A DNA stretch of 64,000 bases from Candidatus Methanoperedenaceae archaeon (GTDB lineage: Archaea; Halobacteriota; Methanosarcinia; Methanosarcinales; Methanoperedenaceae): NCBI GenBank assembly GCA_963753595.1, contig CAVWCX010000014.1:1-64000 (forward strand). The letters are read 5' to 3'. Under the pieces are notes generated by a model, which was given only the letters and a program-made list of their open reading frames with translations, had not been told where the DNA came from and made no database searches. A program made the position numbers and the translations under genes. This document shows, piece by piece, positions 41,303 through 51,198 of this stretch (its first letter is position 1; each line of letters opens with the position of its first letter).

Positions 41303-41866
41303 CTAAAATCCTGCTATAAACAATATCCCGAACAGGATAAACAACGCGCCTGCGCCCAGCTTTATTTTTGCCAGCGGTACAATTTCGCAGAGTTTTTTGC
41401 CGGCAAGTATCCCCAGAAGGCTTATTGCCGCAAGGGCGAGAACCGCGCCTGTAAAGACCAGATATGGCGAATTATATTTCGCCGAAAGTGTGATCGCTGA
41501 TAGCTGGGTCTTATCTCCCATTTCTGCAAGTGCTATCATGCTGAAAGTGGAAATAAAAGGGTTGACTACCGGCGAATTATTATCCCCATCGCATTCTTCT
41601 TTCGATCTTAGCATCATTATCCCGAAAATAATGAACATGAGGCCGGCTATTATCTTAATAATATTTTCGGGGATCAATCGTAATAGTCCTTCCCCGACAA
41701 GAACGCCAAGGCCGGTCACAACAATAAAGGCAAGTACGACACCTGAAAAGACCTTCTTGCGGTCATATCTTGCAGATAATGCGATCACTGTAAGCTGGGT
41801 TTTATCGCCAAGTTCGGCAAGGGCAATAAGGCCAAATGTTGTTAAAAGGGGTGTAAGTTCTTCCAT
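41303..41866 (-). CDS. TMEM165/GDT1 (UPF0016) Mn2+/Ca2+ transporter
   Basis: Two ExGDKTQ motifs (AELGDKTQL, AEMGDKTQL). Confidence 0.92.
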   Translation of the reverse strand: MEELTPLLTTFGLIALAELGDKTQLTVIALSARYDRKKVFSGVVLAFIVVTGLGVLVGEGLLRLIPENIIKIIAGLMFIIFGIMMLRSKEECDGDNNSPVVNPFISTFSMIALAEMGDKTQLSAITLSAKYNSPYLVFTGAVLALAAISLLGILAGKKLCEIVPLAKIKLGAGALFILFGILFIAGF

Positions 41867-42036
41867 AATTATATACTCTTATCTTATACGTTTTTTAATC
41901 TATTTTTTAAACTTCTTCTTGCTGCTATTCGCAGTGAACTAACAAATATTTTTGCATGCATTGGTTTTTCTCTGAAGCTTGAATAATAATGCTTATATCC
42001 ATAAACATCATTATGGTAATCATTATGATAAAAAAA

Positions 42037-42156
42037 ATGATCGAATATGAGTGTTTGGTATGCGGACACCATATCAAGAGTGATTCTTCAGAGAGAAAAA
42101 TGTGTTCTGAATGTGAAAATGGTATCTATGCACCAGTTACTACTATCCTTTTATGA
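42037..42156 (+). CDS. 39-aa Zn-finger/rubredoxin-like microprotein (absent from ORF track)
   Basis: MIEYECLVCGHHIKSDSSERKMCSECENGIYAPVTTILL*; two CxxC motifs; ATGA overlap with the next gene. Confidence 0.65.
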   Translation: MIEYECLVCGHHIKSDSSERKMCSECENGIYAPVTTILL

Positions 42157-42395
42157 ATGCAAAAAAACCAAAGTTACCTGATAACTCAAGAGGACTTCAG
42201 AATATCCAGCATATCGTTGGTGGAACATATAACATTTTGTTAGTTCTTGTAGGCGTCTCTTTCGGAAAAAACGATACTTCACTTGGTATCGTGATGTCCG
42301 TTCTCACATTTGTTGTAGCAAGATTATCATCTGAAATATCTTTTCAAACATCAATAAAAGTGGTAAGAGAATATTCCAATTCCAAAGAGAATTAG
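42153..42395 (+). CDS. Small hypothetical membrane protein
   Basis: Two hydrophobic segments; coupled to the upstream microprotein. Confidence 0.5.
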   Translation: MNAKKPKLPDNSRGLQNIQHIVGGTYNILLVLVGVSFGKNDTSLGIVMSVLTFVVARLSSEISFQTSIKVVREYSNSKEN

Positions 42396-42423
42396 GAAAA
42401 AAATTCCAGGAACTGGAAAAATA

Positions 42424-42807
42424 CTACTTTCGCCTCTCAAACACCAGCATATACAGGTCAGGTCTTGGCATTTTCCCCGCGCCTCTTGCAAATTCCGGAT
42501 AGCATCGCGGGCACAGCGTGCGCCAGTTAAGCGATGCAACGATGGAGCTTCCGGGTACAAGACGCGCAAATGTCACTGTTGGATTGACACCGAGGTTTGC
42601 GGCCATTTCTTTGACCAATGGCAGGATTTGCGGTCCAAAAACCTCAAGGTCATCAACTTCAAGACCTCTCATATTTGCTGTAATACCCGAACATCCGCAG
42701 GGCAGGGCAAACATATCAAGTTCTATTAAAAGTACCGGCCTGCCTATCAGTTTTCTTAACTTTTCTTCAAATCCTGCCCTGTTTTTTAAAATCTCTTCTA
42801 AAATCAT
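42424..42807 (-). CDS. Conserved Cys-containing protein (DUF5402-like); true start ATG 42807
   Basis: FALPCGCSGITAN, WRTLCPRCYPEF; ATGA overlap with the U32 gene. Confidence 0.7.
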   Translation of the reverse strand: MILEEILKNRAGFEEKLRKLIGRPVLLIELDMFALPCGCSGITANMRGLEVDDLEVFGPQILPLVKEMAANLGVNPTVTFARLVPGSSIVASLNWRTLCPRCYPEFARGAGKMPRPDLYMLVFERRK

Positions 42808-43844
42808 GTTTTCACCGCTATTGTATCCCATGGCACACACATCTGGTGCTGGGTTCCCCCATTTGAATAAACCTGAGTGACCTTCTTTGTAAGTGTCTTG
42901 CAATAACCGCATTTGTTGCATACTTTTTTGCAGCTGGTCCATTGTTTCTCAAGGACTCCATCAAGGCTTTTATTGGGAATATTATACAGGTCTTTTAAAT
43001 CCTTAGGACAGTCCAGGATGTCCATGAGATTCCCGTCATAACTTTCATTATAGTATGCATTCACACAATTCAATGTCCACTCAACAAAATGCGTCCTGCC
43101 CCCGATCTTATAAACATCAGTGATATCTTTGTAGAGCTTTATATCCTCAGGTCTTATCCACGGGGATTTTATGATCAATTCCGGATTTTCGATCCTTAAT
43201 TCAAGACATTTCAAGTAATAATAATCATCAAGAACATTTGGTCTTGGTTCAGGCCCGAAAGCATGAGAGAAGAAGTTAAAATGCGCATTCCTGAACGCAC
43301 AGCGATACAGGCATCCTTCATTCACAAGGAGCTTTAATTCACAATCCACAGAATCCCTGATGGCATGAAGAACATCGAAATGCCGGTTTACATTTGAATC
43401 GATAACTATTGATTTTGCGCCAAGGTCCTCGAAGAACTCAGCTTTTTGCGGGGAATCCACAAAAGCAAGCACTGATACTACAACATCCACATCAAACTCC
43501 CTTGAAATGGTCTCAACAAGATAAGGATCGGCAACAACTATGGAATCGACCCCAATATCCACAAGTTTTTCAACATACCAGTGGTTTGTCCTGTACCCTT
43601 CTGGTGTAAGCTGGCGTCCTCCCATGCAGCTTGAATTCAGCACAAGTTCCATCTTTACCCCGTTATTGTGGGCGAACTCAGTCTGTTCCTTTATATCCTC
43701 AAGCTGGGGAGATGCAAGATTACTCCTTCCCGTGCCTATATAATCAGGGGAACCTGCCATGAAAATAGAGTATATTTTCTCTTTCCGGGTCAATAATTCC
43801 TTGAGGCTGTCGATATGTCCGGGGGATGGGACGAAAAGCTTCAT
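42804..43844 (-). CDS. U32 family protein (predicted Fe-S, O2-independent hydroxylase type)
   Basis: VLNSSC, GVDSIVVADP, LLVNEGCLYRCAFR..H, LKC, SPWIRPED, YKIGGR, C-terminal CxxxCxxCxxC. Confidence 0.85.
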   Translation of the reverse strand: MKLFVPSPGHIDSLKELLTRKEKIYSIFMAGSPDYIGTGRSNLASPQLEDIKEQTEFAHNNGVKMELVLNSSCMGGRQLTPEGYRTNHWYVEKLVDIGVDSIVVADPYLVETISREFDVDVVVSVLAFVDSPQKAEFFEDLGAKSIVIDSNVNRHFDVLHAIRDSVDCELKLLVNEGCLYRCAFRNAHFNFFSHAFGPEPRPNVLDDYYYLKCLELRIENPELIIKSPWIRPEDIKLYKDITDVYKIGGRTHFVEWTLNCVNAYYNESYDGNLMDILDCPKDLKDLYNIPNKSLDGVLEKQWTSCKKVCNKCGYCKTLTKKVTQVYSNGGTQHQMCVPWDTIAVKT

Positions 43845-43937
43845 GATTTTCCCTCTTGGTTCCAATTATGATAAATGTTTTGCAGGATTATGTTGAAAAC
43901 AGAAAGAGCTTAATACTGAAAAGTAATTTAAATAAAT

Positions 43938-44165
43938 ATGGGTATTATAATTGCTGTCTCAAATATAAAAACATCCTTTCCTTTAGATGTTAATATTGAA
44001 GCGCTCGCGGTTGTTTCCCTCATTGTTTCGGTTTTTATCGCATTGTTGGTTTTAGATTCCAGATATTGGAACAGATGGGCTTCAAGCACTCTTGATGCGA
44101 TCACAATTCCTATGCTAATTGGTTTTGCGGGGATCGTTGTTTATAAAATCACTTTAATAGTATAG
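43938..44165 (+). CDS. Small membrane protein
   Basis: Two TM helices; PMLIGFAGIVVYK pattern. Confidence 0.55.
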   Translation: MGIIIAVSNIKTSFPLDVNIEALAVVSLIVSVFIALLVLDSRYWNRWASSTLDAITIPMLIGFAGIVVYKITLIV

Positions 44166-44919
44166 GCAATATGCCAAAAAGAAGTATATTTGAAGTACCG
44201 TTGATAGCCAGGATAAAGGGAAAACTCCTTGTTTTCTGAAATATATAACCTATAACAATTCCAAAAATGCTTGCTAATAATATCTCGTTGATCTGCCCAT
44301 AAACAGAATGCATTATTCCAAACAAAATACCGGTTACGATAAGTCCATTCTTTAAGCCAATAACTTTTTCAAGCCTTGTCTGGAGTATTGATCTGAAAAC
44401 AAGCTCTTCCCCTACCCCTATGAAAACAAACATCACAATTGCAATTTTTACAAGGTTAGAAAGCTGGATATTTTCGATCAGGGCCAAAGGGTCAAGAATA
44501 CGGTACTCAAGTGCTGCAAATGCCATACCGATAATAAGAGCAATGGGGATGTAAATGCGGAGATGTTTGAAATTTATTCCGAGTTCACTTAACGAAATTT
44601 CCTGGTTTTTTATTATAATATAAATTGGTATGAACATGACCCCATTTATCAAGACATACCAGAGCAGTGTAACTGTAAAGAATTGGGGCATTATGAGACT
44701 TATAATCCGCATAAGGATCAATAATATCATACTTTGATGGACTTTTTTAACATCTGATTGGAAATTGCTGAAAATTAAGGCAAAGCTTATTAATTGAAGG
44801 TTTATTATATGTATTGGCAGGCCGATATTCACCTGACCAAAAAACATCATTAGTTCACCGGACACTATTCCCAGTGCAGGCAGATAGATTTCTCTTTTCA
44901 TTTTGTTACATTCTCCCAC
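44149..44919 (-). CDS. CPBP (CAAX/Abi) family intramembrane metalloprotease
   Basis: GEELVFRSILQ, LFGIMHS, FQKTRS; the last His motif appears as AING. Confidence 0.88.
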   Translation of the reverse strand: MGECNKMKREIYLPALGIVSGELMMFFGQVNIGLPIHIINLQLISFALIFSNFQSDVKKVHQSMILLILMRIISLIMPQFFTVTLLWYVLINGVMFIPIYIIIKNQEISLSELGINFKHLRIYIPIALIIGMAFAALEYRILDPLALIENIQLSNLVKIAIVMFVFIGVGEELVFRSILQTRLEKVIGLKNGLIVTGILFGIMHSVYGQINEILLASIFGIVIGYIFQKTRSFPFILAINGTSNILLFGILPILLK

Positions 44920-45182
44920 TTATTTATTCAGTCGTTAGATTATCTTATTTAAATAACCATAGTGATGGGTATAAAGGTTATGTTTTGTTCTGACACTCTC
45001 CATATGTCTTTATTTAGTTTTTATTTATAGTAATACCCATAAGTGGCGAAGGTAAGTTTAGACAACCATAATCTATTTCAATCTAATATATCAATACTAT
45101 ATTGCCTGTTGGAAAATTTACATTTTTTCCATTTATGAGTTGTTTAGGGGTAGAAGTTTAGAAAAACTGTTAAGGGGAAATA

Positions 45183-46361
45183 ATGAAAATAAGGGAAATA
45201 AATCGTGTTGATGAATTCAAATCTATTAGAGGAACATGGAATGACCTTCTTGGAAAGAGCCGAGATAGAAACATATTTTTAACATGGGAATGGCTTTTCA
45301 AGTGGTGGGAACACTTTGGTACTAACAAAAAGCTGCAAATATTGATAATTGAAGATCAGGGTGATACAATTGGTATTATGCCAATGCTTTGTTCAACTTA
45401 TCATACTTTCCTATTTAGCTATAATATTGTCGAAAATATTGGAATGAATCTATCTGATTATGGAGGTATTATTTATTCAGATATGGATGATGGTCAACTC
45501 AACAAGATGTTTGACCTGATAAAAGATTACCTTAGCTATAATAAACTTACTCTTCGCTTCGACCAGGTGCCTGATGATTCGAAGTTCCTTAACATATTGC
45601 ATAAACAATCTTTCCATCAGGATTCATTGTTCATAGGAGAGAAAAAAACAGGTGTCTCCTCATATATACCCATTCAATCGTCATTGGATAATCACTTAAA
45701 TAAATTGAGTAAAAATTTTAGGAAAAATTTGCGCAGAGGAGAGCAAAATATTGAGAAAAAATATGGTAAAATAAAATTTAATAAAATATTAACACTAAAT
45801 TCCTTAGATAATAATTTAAAAGACTTTTGGGATTTGAATCAAAAAAAAATGAATAACCAAAATTTACCATGTTTTAATAAAATCCAAATGGAATTTTTGA
45901 CCGAAGTATCAAAAGAATTTGCAAACAACGGATGGTTAAGCCTGTCCTTTCTGGATGTAAATGGACAACATGCATCTGTTGTTTTGGGTTTTGAATATGA
46001 GGATAGATATTATTTTTATCAGACAGGATCTGACCCAAATTATTCATCATATTCCATTGGTAACATTCATATATTATATATATTAGAAGATTTAATTGTA
46101 AGAGGTTTAAAAAAATTTGATTTCTTAAGGGGAGGTGAAGGATATAAACTTAGATGGCAGTCGCTGCCAAAAAGCAATAATCGGATAGTTATTATGCCAA
46201 AAAGTTACATTTCTAAGTTTCAATTCAAGATACTAAATTTGATTTTTCTATATGATGAAATCAAAAAACACAACCTAATAGAAAATTACAAATTATTTAA
46301 TTATAAAATTAAACAAATAAATGAAATCGAAAAAATAAAACTAAAAAATAAGATGCAATAA
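45183..46361 (+). CDS. GNAT family acetyltransferase (CelD/BcsL-like)
   Basis: IFLTWEWLFKWWEHF, SDYGG, LSKNFRKNLRR, YQTGSDP, FDFLRGGEGYKLRW. Confidence 0.88.
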   Translation: MKIREINRVDEFKSIRGTWNDLLGKSRDRNIFLTWEWLFKWWEHFGTNKKLQILIIEDQGDTIGIMPMLCSTYHTFLFSYNIVENIGMNLSDYGGIIYSDMDDGQLNKMFDLIKDYLSYNKLTLRFDQVPDDSKFLNILHKQSFHQDSLFIGEKKTGVSSYIPIQSSLDNHLNKLSKNFRKNLRRGEQNIEKKYGKIKFNKILTLNSLDNNLKDFWDLNQKKMNNQNLPCFNKIQMEFLTEVSKEFANNGWLSLSFLDVNGQHASVVLGFEYEDRYYFYQTGSDPNYSSYSIGNIHILYILEDLIVRGLKKFDFLRGGEGYKLRWQSLPKSNNRIVIMPKSYISKFQFKILNLIFLYDEIKKHNLIENYKLFNYKIKQINEIEKIKLKNKMQ

Positions 46362-46393
46362 TATATTCACACATTTGGAACCAAGGTTAAATT

Positions 46394-47665
46394 ATGCGTT
46401 TTCTCTGGAAAATCTACAACGACTCACTCGTTAAAAATTTTCTTTACCTTATGGCGACTAATTTCTTAAATCTTATCCTCGGTTTCTTTTTCTGGATTAT
46501 AGTTGCCAGATACTACACTCCAGATGAAGTTGGAACAACTTCGGCATTATTATCAAGCATGTCCCTGATTTCAATGATAAGTACCTTAGGTTTCCAGACA
46601 TCTTTTATATTCTACCTGCCAAGAGACCGGATAAACGCCAGCAGAATTATAAACTCATGCATGACTTCAAGTATCGTTGCTTCGCTTTTTTTTTCATTTA
46701 TTTTTATTTCAGGACTCAACATCTGGGCGCCGCCATTGAAATCTATTCTTGATGATTTAGAATTCGTCATGCTTTTTGTTACAGTTACGACTGTTACTAC
46801 TATATCCGGTCATATCAGCAGCGCTTTCATAGCGGGAAGGAGATCTTCATTTCACATGACAAATCAAATCCTGTTTGGTTTTTTTAAGATTGTCCCCCTC
46901 CAGGTGTTTTCAGTCTTCGGGGCTATGGGCATATTTATGGCGTGGGGTTTAGGAGTAATGATTGCCGTAGCCATTGGATTTTTTTTGTTATCATTGGTAT
47001 GGAAAGGTTATTTTCCCACCCTAATGCTTGATCCCATAATTAAAAGGATGGCAGGATATTCGGTAGGGAACTATCTTGCTGAGATTTTTTCTACTCTTCC
47101 GAAACTTGTCCTACCTATAATGATAGTTAATTTGGTTTCTGCAGAATCTACAGGTTTCTTCTATATCGCAATGATGATAGGGGGTCTTCTCTATGGGATT
47201 CCACAATCAATATCAAACTCACTTCTTGCAGAATCCTCAGATGGCGGGGAATTATTGCTCAAAGTGAAAAAATCAATAAAATTAAATGCCGCTATTCTTA
47301 TTCCAGGAGTTCTGTTTTTTTTGTTTTTCGGTAAATTTGTACTTAATCTTTTCAATCCGCTCTATGCCGAGAATGCATCCATTACTCTATTAATACTTAC
47401 AATTGCGAGTTTTCCAGTTTCCATTAATACCCTGTTTACAGCTGTCAGAAACGCTCAAAAAAGAGTTTCCAGCGTTGTAAAGATTAACGCTGCAATTGCT
47501 GCAATTACTCTTGCTTTCGCCTTGCCTTTTGTAAGAAGTGCAGGTATCGAGGGGGCAGCTTTTGCATTTCTTGCAGCAAATTCTCTTGCTGCGATTGTTG
47601 TGGCCTATAAGATGAGAAACCTGAACGGATTTGTTTTAGAATCGGCAATATCAAAAATAAAGTGA
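46394..47665 (+). CDS. Wzx-like oligosaccharide flippase
   Basis: LGFFFWIIVARYYTPDEVG, about 12 TM helices, GFFYIA, YAE. Confidence 0.85.
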   Translation: MRFLWKIYNDSLVKNFLYLMATNFLNLILGFFFWIIVARYYTPDEVGTTSALLSSMSLISMISTLGFQTSFIFYLPRDRINASRIINSCMTSSIVASLFFSFIFISGLNIWAPPLKSILDDLEFVMLFVTVTTVTTISGHISSAFIAGRRSSFHMTNQILFGFFKIVPLQVFSVFGAMGIFMAWGLGVMIAVAIGFFLLSLVWKGYFPTLMLDPIIKRMAGYSVGNYLAEIFSTLPKLVLPIMIVNLVSAESTGFFYIAMMIGGLLYGIPQSISNSLLAESSDGGELLLKVKKSIKLNAAILIPGVLFFLFFGKFVLNLFNPLYAENASITLLILTIASFPVSINTLFTAVRNAQKRVSSVVKINAAIAAITLAFALPFVRSAGIEGAAFAFLAANSLAAIVVAYKMRNLNGFVLESAISKIK

Positions 47666-47671
47666 TGAATA

Positions 47672-48196
47672 ATGACCTCTCCTTTAGACCATATCTTTAT
47701 CCCGGTTGCCATACTTCTATTATTTTCAAAGAAGCTCAAATTGAATCAAAGAGAAGTAATTGCTCTTAGTTTTTTTGCAGTGCTTCCGGATATAGACGGC
47801 ATTTTTCTTGGCTCAAATAGTATCCCGTTCCACAGGGTACTATTTCATAATATTTTTATAGTAATCATTCCTCTCCTGTTTTTTATGTTTGCAAAGAGTA
47901 ACAGGGGAGTGTTCGGCATAATATGCTTCTACCTTATGTCCCATCTAATTCTCGACCTGTTCACTGGAGGTATATTCCTGTTTTATCCATTTTATAACAA
48001 CGTATTTTTTGCCAATGTAGAACTTTTGTTGAACATTGATAGTTTCATACCAGTGCTAGAATATGGCATTAGCAATAAAATTATGAACAATGGAATAGGA
48101 GAGCCAGTAATCTCAAGTGAGAATGTCGCATTGGCCATATTATTAATTATTTGTGCAGCAATTTCAGCTATTGTCATCCATAGAAAAACAGAGTAA
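47672..48196 (+). CDS. Membrane-bound metal-dependent hydrolase (YdjM-like)
   Basis: DH, LPDID, HRVLFHN, SHLILD, FYPF motifs. Confidence 0.8.
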   Translation: MTSPLDHIFIPVAILLLFSKKLKLNQREVIALSFFAVLPDIDGIFLGSNSIPFHRVLFHNIFIVIIPLLFFMFAKSNRGVFGIICFYLMSHLILDLFTGGIFLFYPFYNNVFFANVELLLNIDSFIPVLEYGISNKIMNNGIGEPVISSENVALAILLIICAAISAIVIHRKTE

Positions 48197-48221
48197 AGTA
48201 ATACTTATACGAGATTCGATC

Positions 48222-49265
48222 TTAAGAATTTGGTTTTAATTCATTTTTTATCTCTAAACAAATATCCGCAGCTTCCGTATTTACTGGAATTATTTCAATA
48301 TCATCTGACTTTGAAACTCCAAGGCCCAGTTCCACTGCTCTCGCTATTTGCTCATCTTCAAAAATACTGCCTATTGAAACTTCGGATGTCGTGCCATATA
48401 TCCGAAGAACTGCTACTCCTACGGCATCAAGTGCAACCCTGTCCCTGCTAGCAATCATTATTCCCGGTTCTATCAATGTCCCCGTAGCAGGGCCCCCTTT
48501 TGAGAATCCCTTGATTCCATCCATAATAATAAATTCAGGTTCATATGCGGTATTGATCTCTGCTATCATCTGCCCCCTGTAGCTTGATGAGTGTAGCTCA
48601 TCCATATAATTATACCCGTCCTGGCCTCCTGCTGCCACCATTCCTACGCTATTCTTAAGTGACATTGTGAAGCCACTAAACCCATGTGTTTTAAGGCAAC
48701 ATGTCTGTACTATTGCATCAGCATCCTCAAAGATCTTTGGAAACAGAAAACCCTTTTTCCAGTGTGCCCTTTCCGGTTGTATCCTTATCCAATCGCTACT
48801 CTTCAGTTCATTAAGAATTACAATATCCACTCCCTTCTTATTAGCAAGCTCTAATACCCCTGTTTCTTTAAGGACTTCTCTTGTATCCCCCGCACCACTT
48901 CTCTCCGCAAGAACAAGGCTAGCACCTTTTTCTTTGAGCGCATCGACTAATGTCCCGAAAGTATCAATATGTGTTGACGCCGGAAATGGGTCTTGACTAT
49001 TATAGTTTGCTTTAAGTGCGACTCTCTTGCCAGATAAGCTCTTAATATCAAAATATTTCAACAATTCCTTAATTCCATTCTCACGATCATCGGATTTTAT
49101 CACATATACTTGCGACTTCGTGTATTTTTTCAATGGTACCTTCTTCTTTATTGAGATGTTTTTCTCCTCAAAAGTTTCACGCGTATCACTTTTACTTAAA
49201 CAACCCGAAAAAAGTATAGAAAATAATGTAGCTAACCTTCTAAGAAACTCCCTTCTTTTTATCAT
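48222..49265 (-). CDS. DUF362 domain protein with Tat/lipoprotein signal
   Basis: KRREFLRR..LFSGC; ALKANYNS, CLKTH..FTMSLKNSVG, DRVALDAVG. Confidence 0.82.
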   Translation of the reverse strand: MIKRREFLRRLATLFSILFSGCLSKSDTRETFEEKNISIKKKVPLKKYTKSQVYVIKSDDRENGIKELLKYFDIKSLSGKRVALKANYNSQDPFPASTHIDTFGTLVDALKEKGASLVLAERSGAGDTREVLKETGVLELANKKGVDIVILNELKSSDWIRIQPERAHWKKGFLFPKIFEDADAIVQTCCLKTHGFSGFTMSLKNSVGMVAAGGQDGYNYMDELHSSSYRGQMIAEINTAYEPEFIIMDGIKGFSKGGPATGTLIEPGIMIASRDRVALDAVGVAVLRIYGTTSEVSIGSIFEDEQIARAVELGLGVSKSDDIEIIPVNTEAADICLEIKNELKPNS

Positions 49266-49495
49266 AGACTTTTGTTATATTAAGCTTAATTCACGATAAC
49301 TATTTCTCCTAATCTACTCGGTTCCAATTTTTTGGTTACAGCACTTGTGCAATACCCCAAAATAACGATTGATACTATTTTCTACCTCTCCTGAAGTCAT
49401 TACACATTTGTTTTAGTTCGTTATAAAATCAAGGCTTCAAACCGTTTTCCCCATAAACAATAATATAGTTGGGCATATTAATAAATGTTATTAGC

Positions 49496-49530
49496 GGTGG
49501 TTACCAAGACACCCTTGAAACCATTGGTAT
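49496..49530. repeat. ~35-bp palindromic element, inverted partner of 54835-54870
   Basis: ggtggttaccaagacacccttgaaaccattggtat. Confidence 0.55.
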
Positions 49531-49639
49531 TTATTAATTAACAGAAAAAAACAAACTAAGCTACCAGTGTTCTACTTTTTCGCAGACTGTAAAGATTATA
49601 ATAAATAGGATATACTATTTTAAATAAATATGATGTAGG

Positions 49640-50573
49640 AATGATATTGAATATTCTTTTTCATATTGGCATCTAAATTTTCTTTTAATTTGTAATGAAT
49701 ATCTTTTGGATAAGGAAGTGTTCTACCAAGACATTTTTGCGATATCCCATTTCAGATGCTCTTTTAATGATATCCTATCGATATATAATGTAGGATGATA
49801 TCGAGTTGGTAAATTTCTATTCAGTGATAGATATCTAAATAGATTTTTTTACTGGACTCATCTAAGAGAGATAAGTGTCCACCAGCAGAGATTTCGTTTT
49901 GGTATAATAAAGTTCGTAACATCTCTTTTGAAGAATATGTATTTAATAATACTTCAATATGAGAAAATGGGTAAGGAATAGCATTTATATATTCAAGATT
50001 TGTCTTATAATATTTATAAAGTATTTTGAGATCATCTATTGAATTGACTTCTTTAACTCTAAATCCATCCTTTTCAAATCTCCTTATATATTTCCTATCC
50101 TGGTTTGATAAGATCTCGTTCCAGATCTTGTCCGGGCAATGCTCATCTAAATTAAGCACCATATTCCCACCTATTGGGTATCGAAGAGAGTTATATCCGT
50201 TAAAATGCTCTATTGTTAATTCGCTTAAAGTAGTGATCAGTACGAAGAATAACCTATTATTCTTTGCGATTTTTTTTCACCTCCTATGTGAGATATGCAA
50301 CCGAAGAGTCAGATTTATCAGTAATTATTATATGATTATAATCTGAGCGTGGTAGCGGCACAAGACCCCGAATTCCGGATGAATCTGCAATCGTGCAAAT
50401 GCTACTGCCAGCATGGCATATACTAAAAAATAGTGGGATATGCAATTGAAGGATTGTTCTAAGGTTCTTTTCCACTCTAGAGTGTGAAAAAAAGTTCCTT
50501 CTTTGCTTTCGTCACATAATCTTTTCCAGTCTATTGAATTATTATTATTCAATTCCTCTATAATATAACCCAT
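49640..50573 (-). pseudogene. Disrupted GNAT/FemAB-like acetyltransferase
   Basis: Fragments in several frames: TFFHTLEWKRTLE / LPRSDYNH / GNMVLNL..RKYIRRFEKDG; frameshifts and an in-frame stop; 3' end approximate. Confidence 0.7.
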
Positions 50574-51198
50574 AACCTTAGTTGATATTATACTTTTATT
50601 TACTAATAGTCTTCTTCCAGATTGTACCAACATGTAATTAAACGTCGCGATTTGTTCCAACGCTTTATTGCATTAAAACCAGACTAACATTCAAACATTA
50701 CTACAAGAAATAAGAAAAAAGTATTCCCAATACATTTTTACAAAAGGCCAGCAATAGGCAAAAATATATAAAAAAGTTGTATAATATTTAATATTACTTT
50801 AAAAACAAAAAAAAAGTATATTGAAGAATTAAACATATAACAAAAATATAATAAATCTTTAAAAACTTTAAAAACCGTGTAAAACTATCGATTTACTTTT
50901 ATGTTATAAAATTATGAGGATGAGTCGGCGATTTCAATGAATATATTAAATTACTACATAATAAATAAGTGTGTTTCAACGAAACAATTACTATTGAAAT
51001 TAATAATAAATGTGGCATACTAAGAATATCCCAATTTTATCGTGGAATATGTCAGGATGTTACATACAAAAACAATTTAGAGCTGCACGAATTTTAATTA
51101 TACTGATTATAATCATGAGCATAAAGTTTAAGTATATGGAGAAATATCATTCAAATATACACATCATTATTGTCATGATAATGATGAACACATAAACT

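Noticed and set aside
50650-51195. Very AT-rich stretch and ORF 51010-51195 as a gene or replication origin
   Set aside because: Low-complexity intergenic DNA; no ORB-like repeats or cdc6 gene; the ORF lacks convincing coding features
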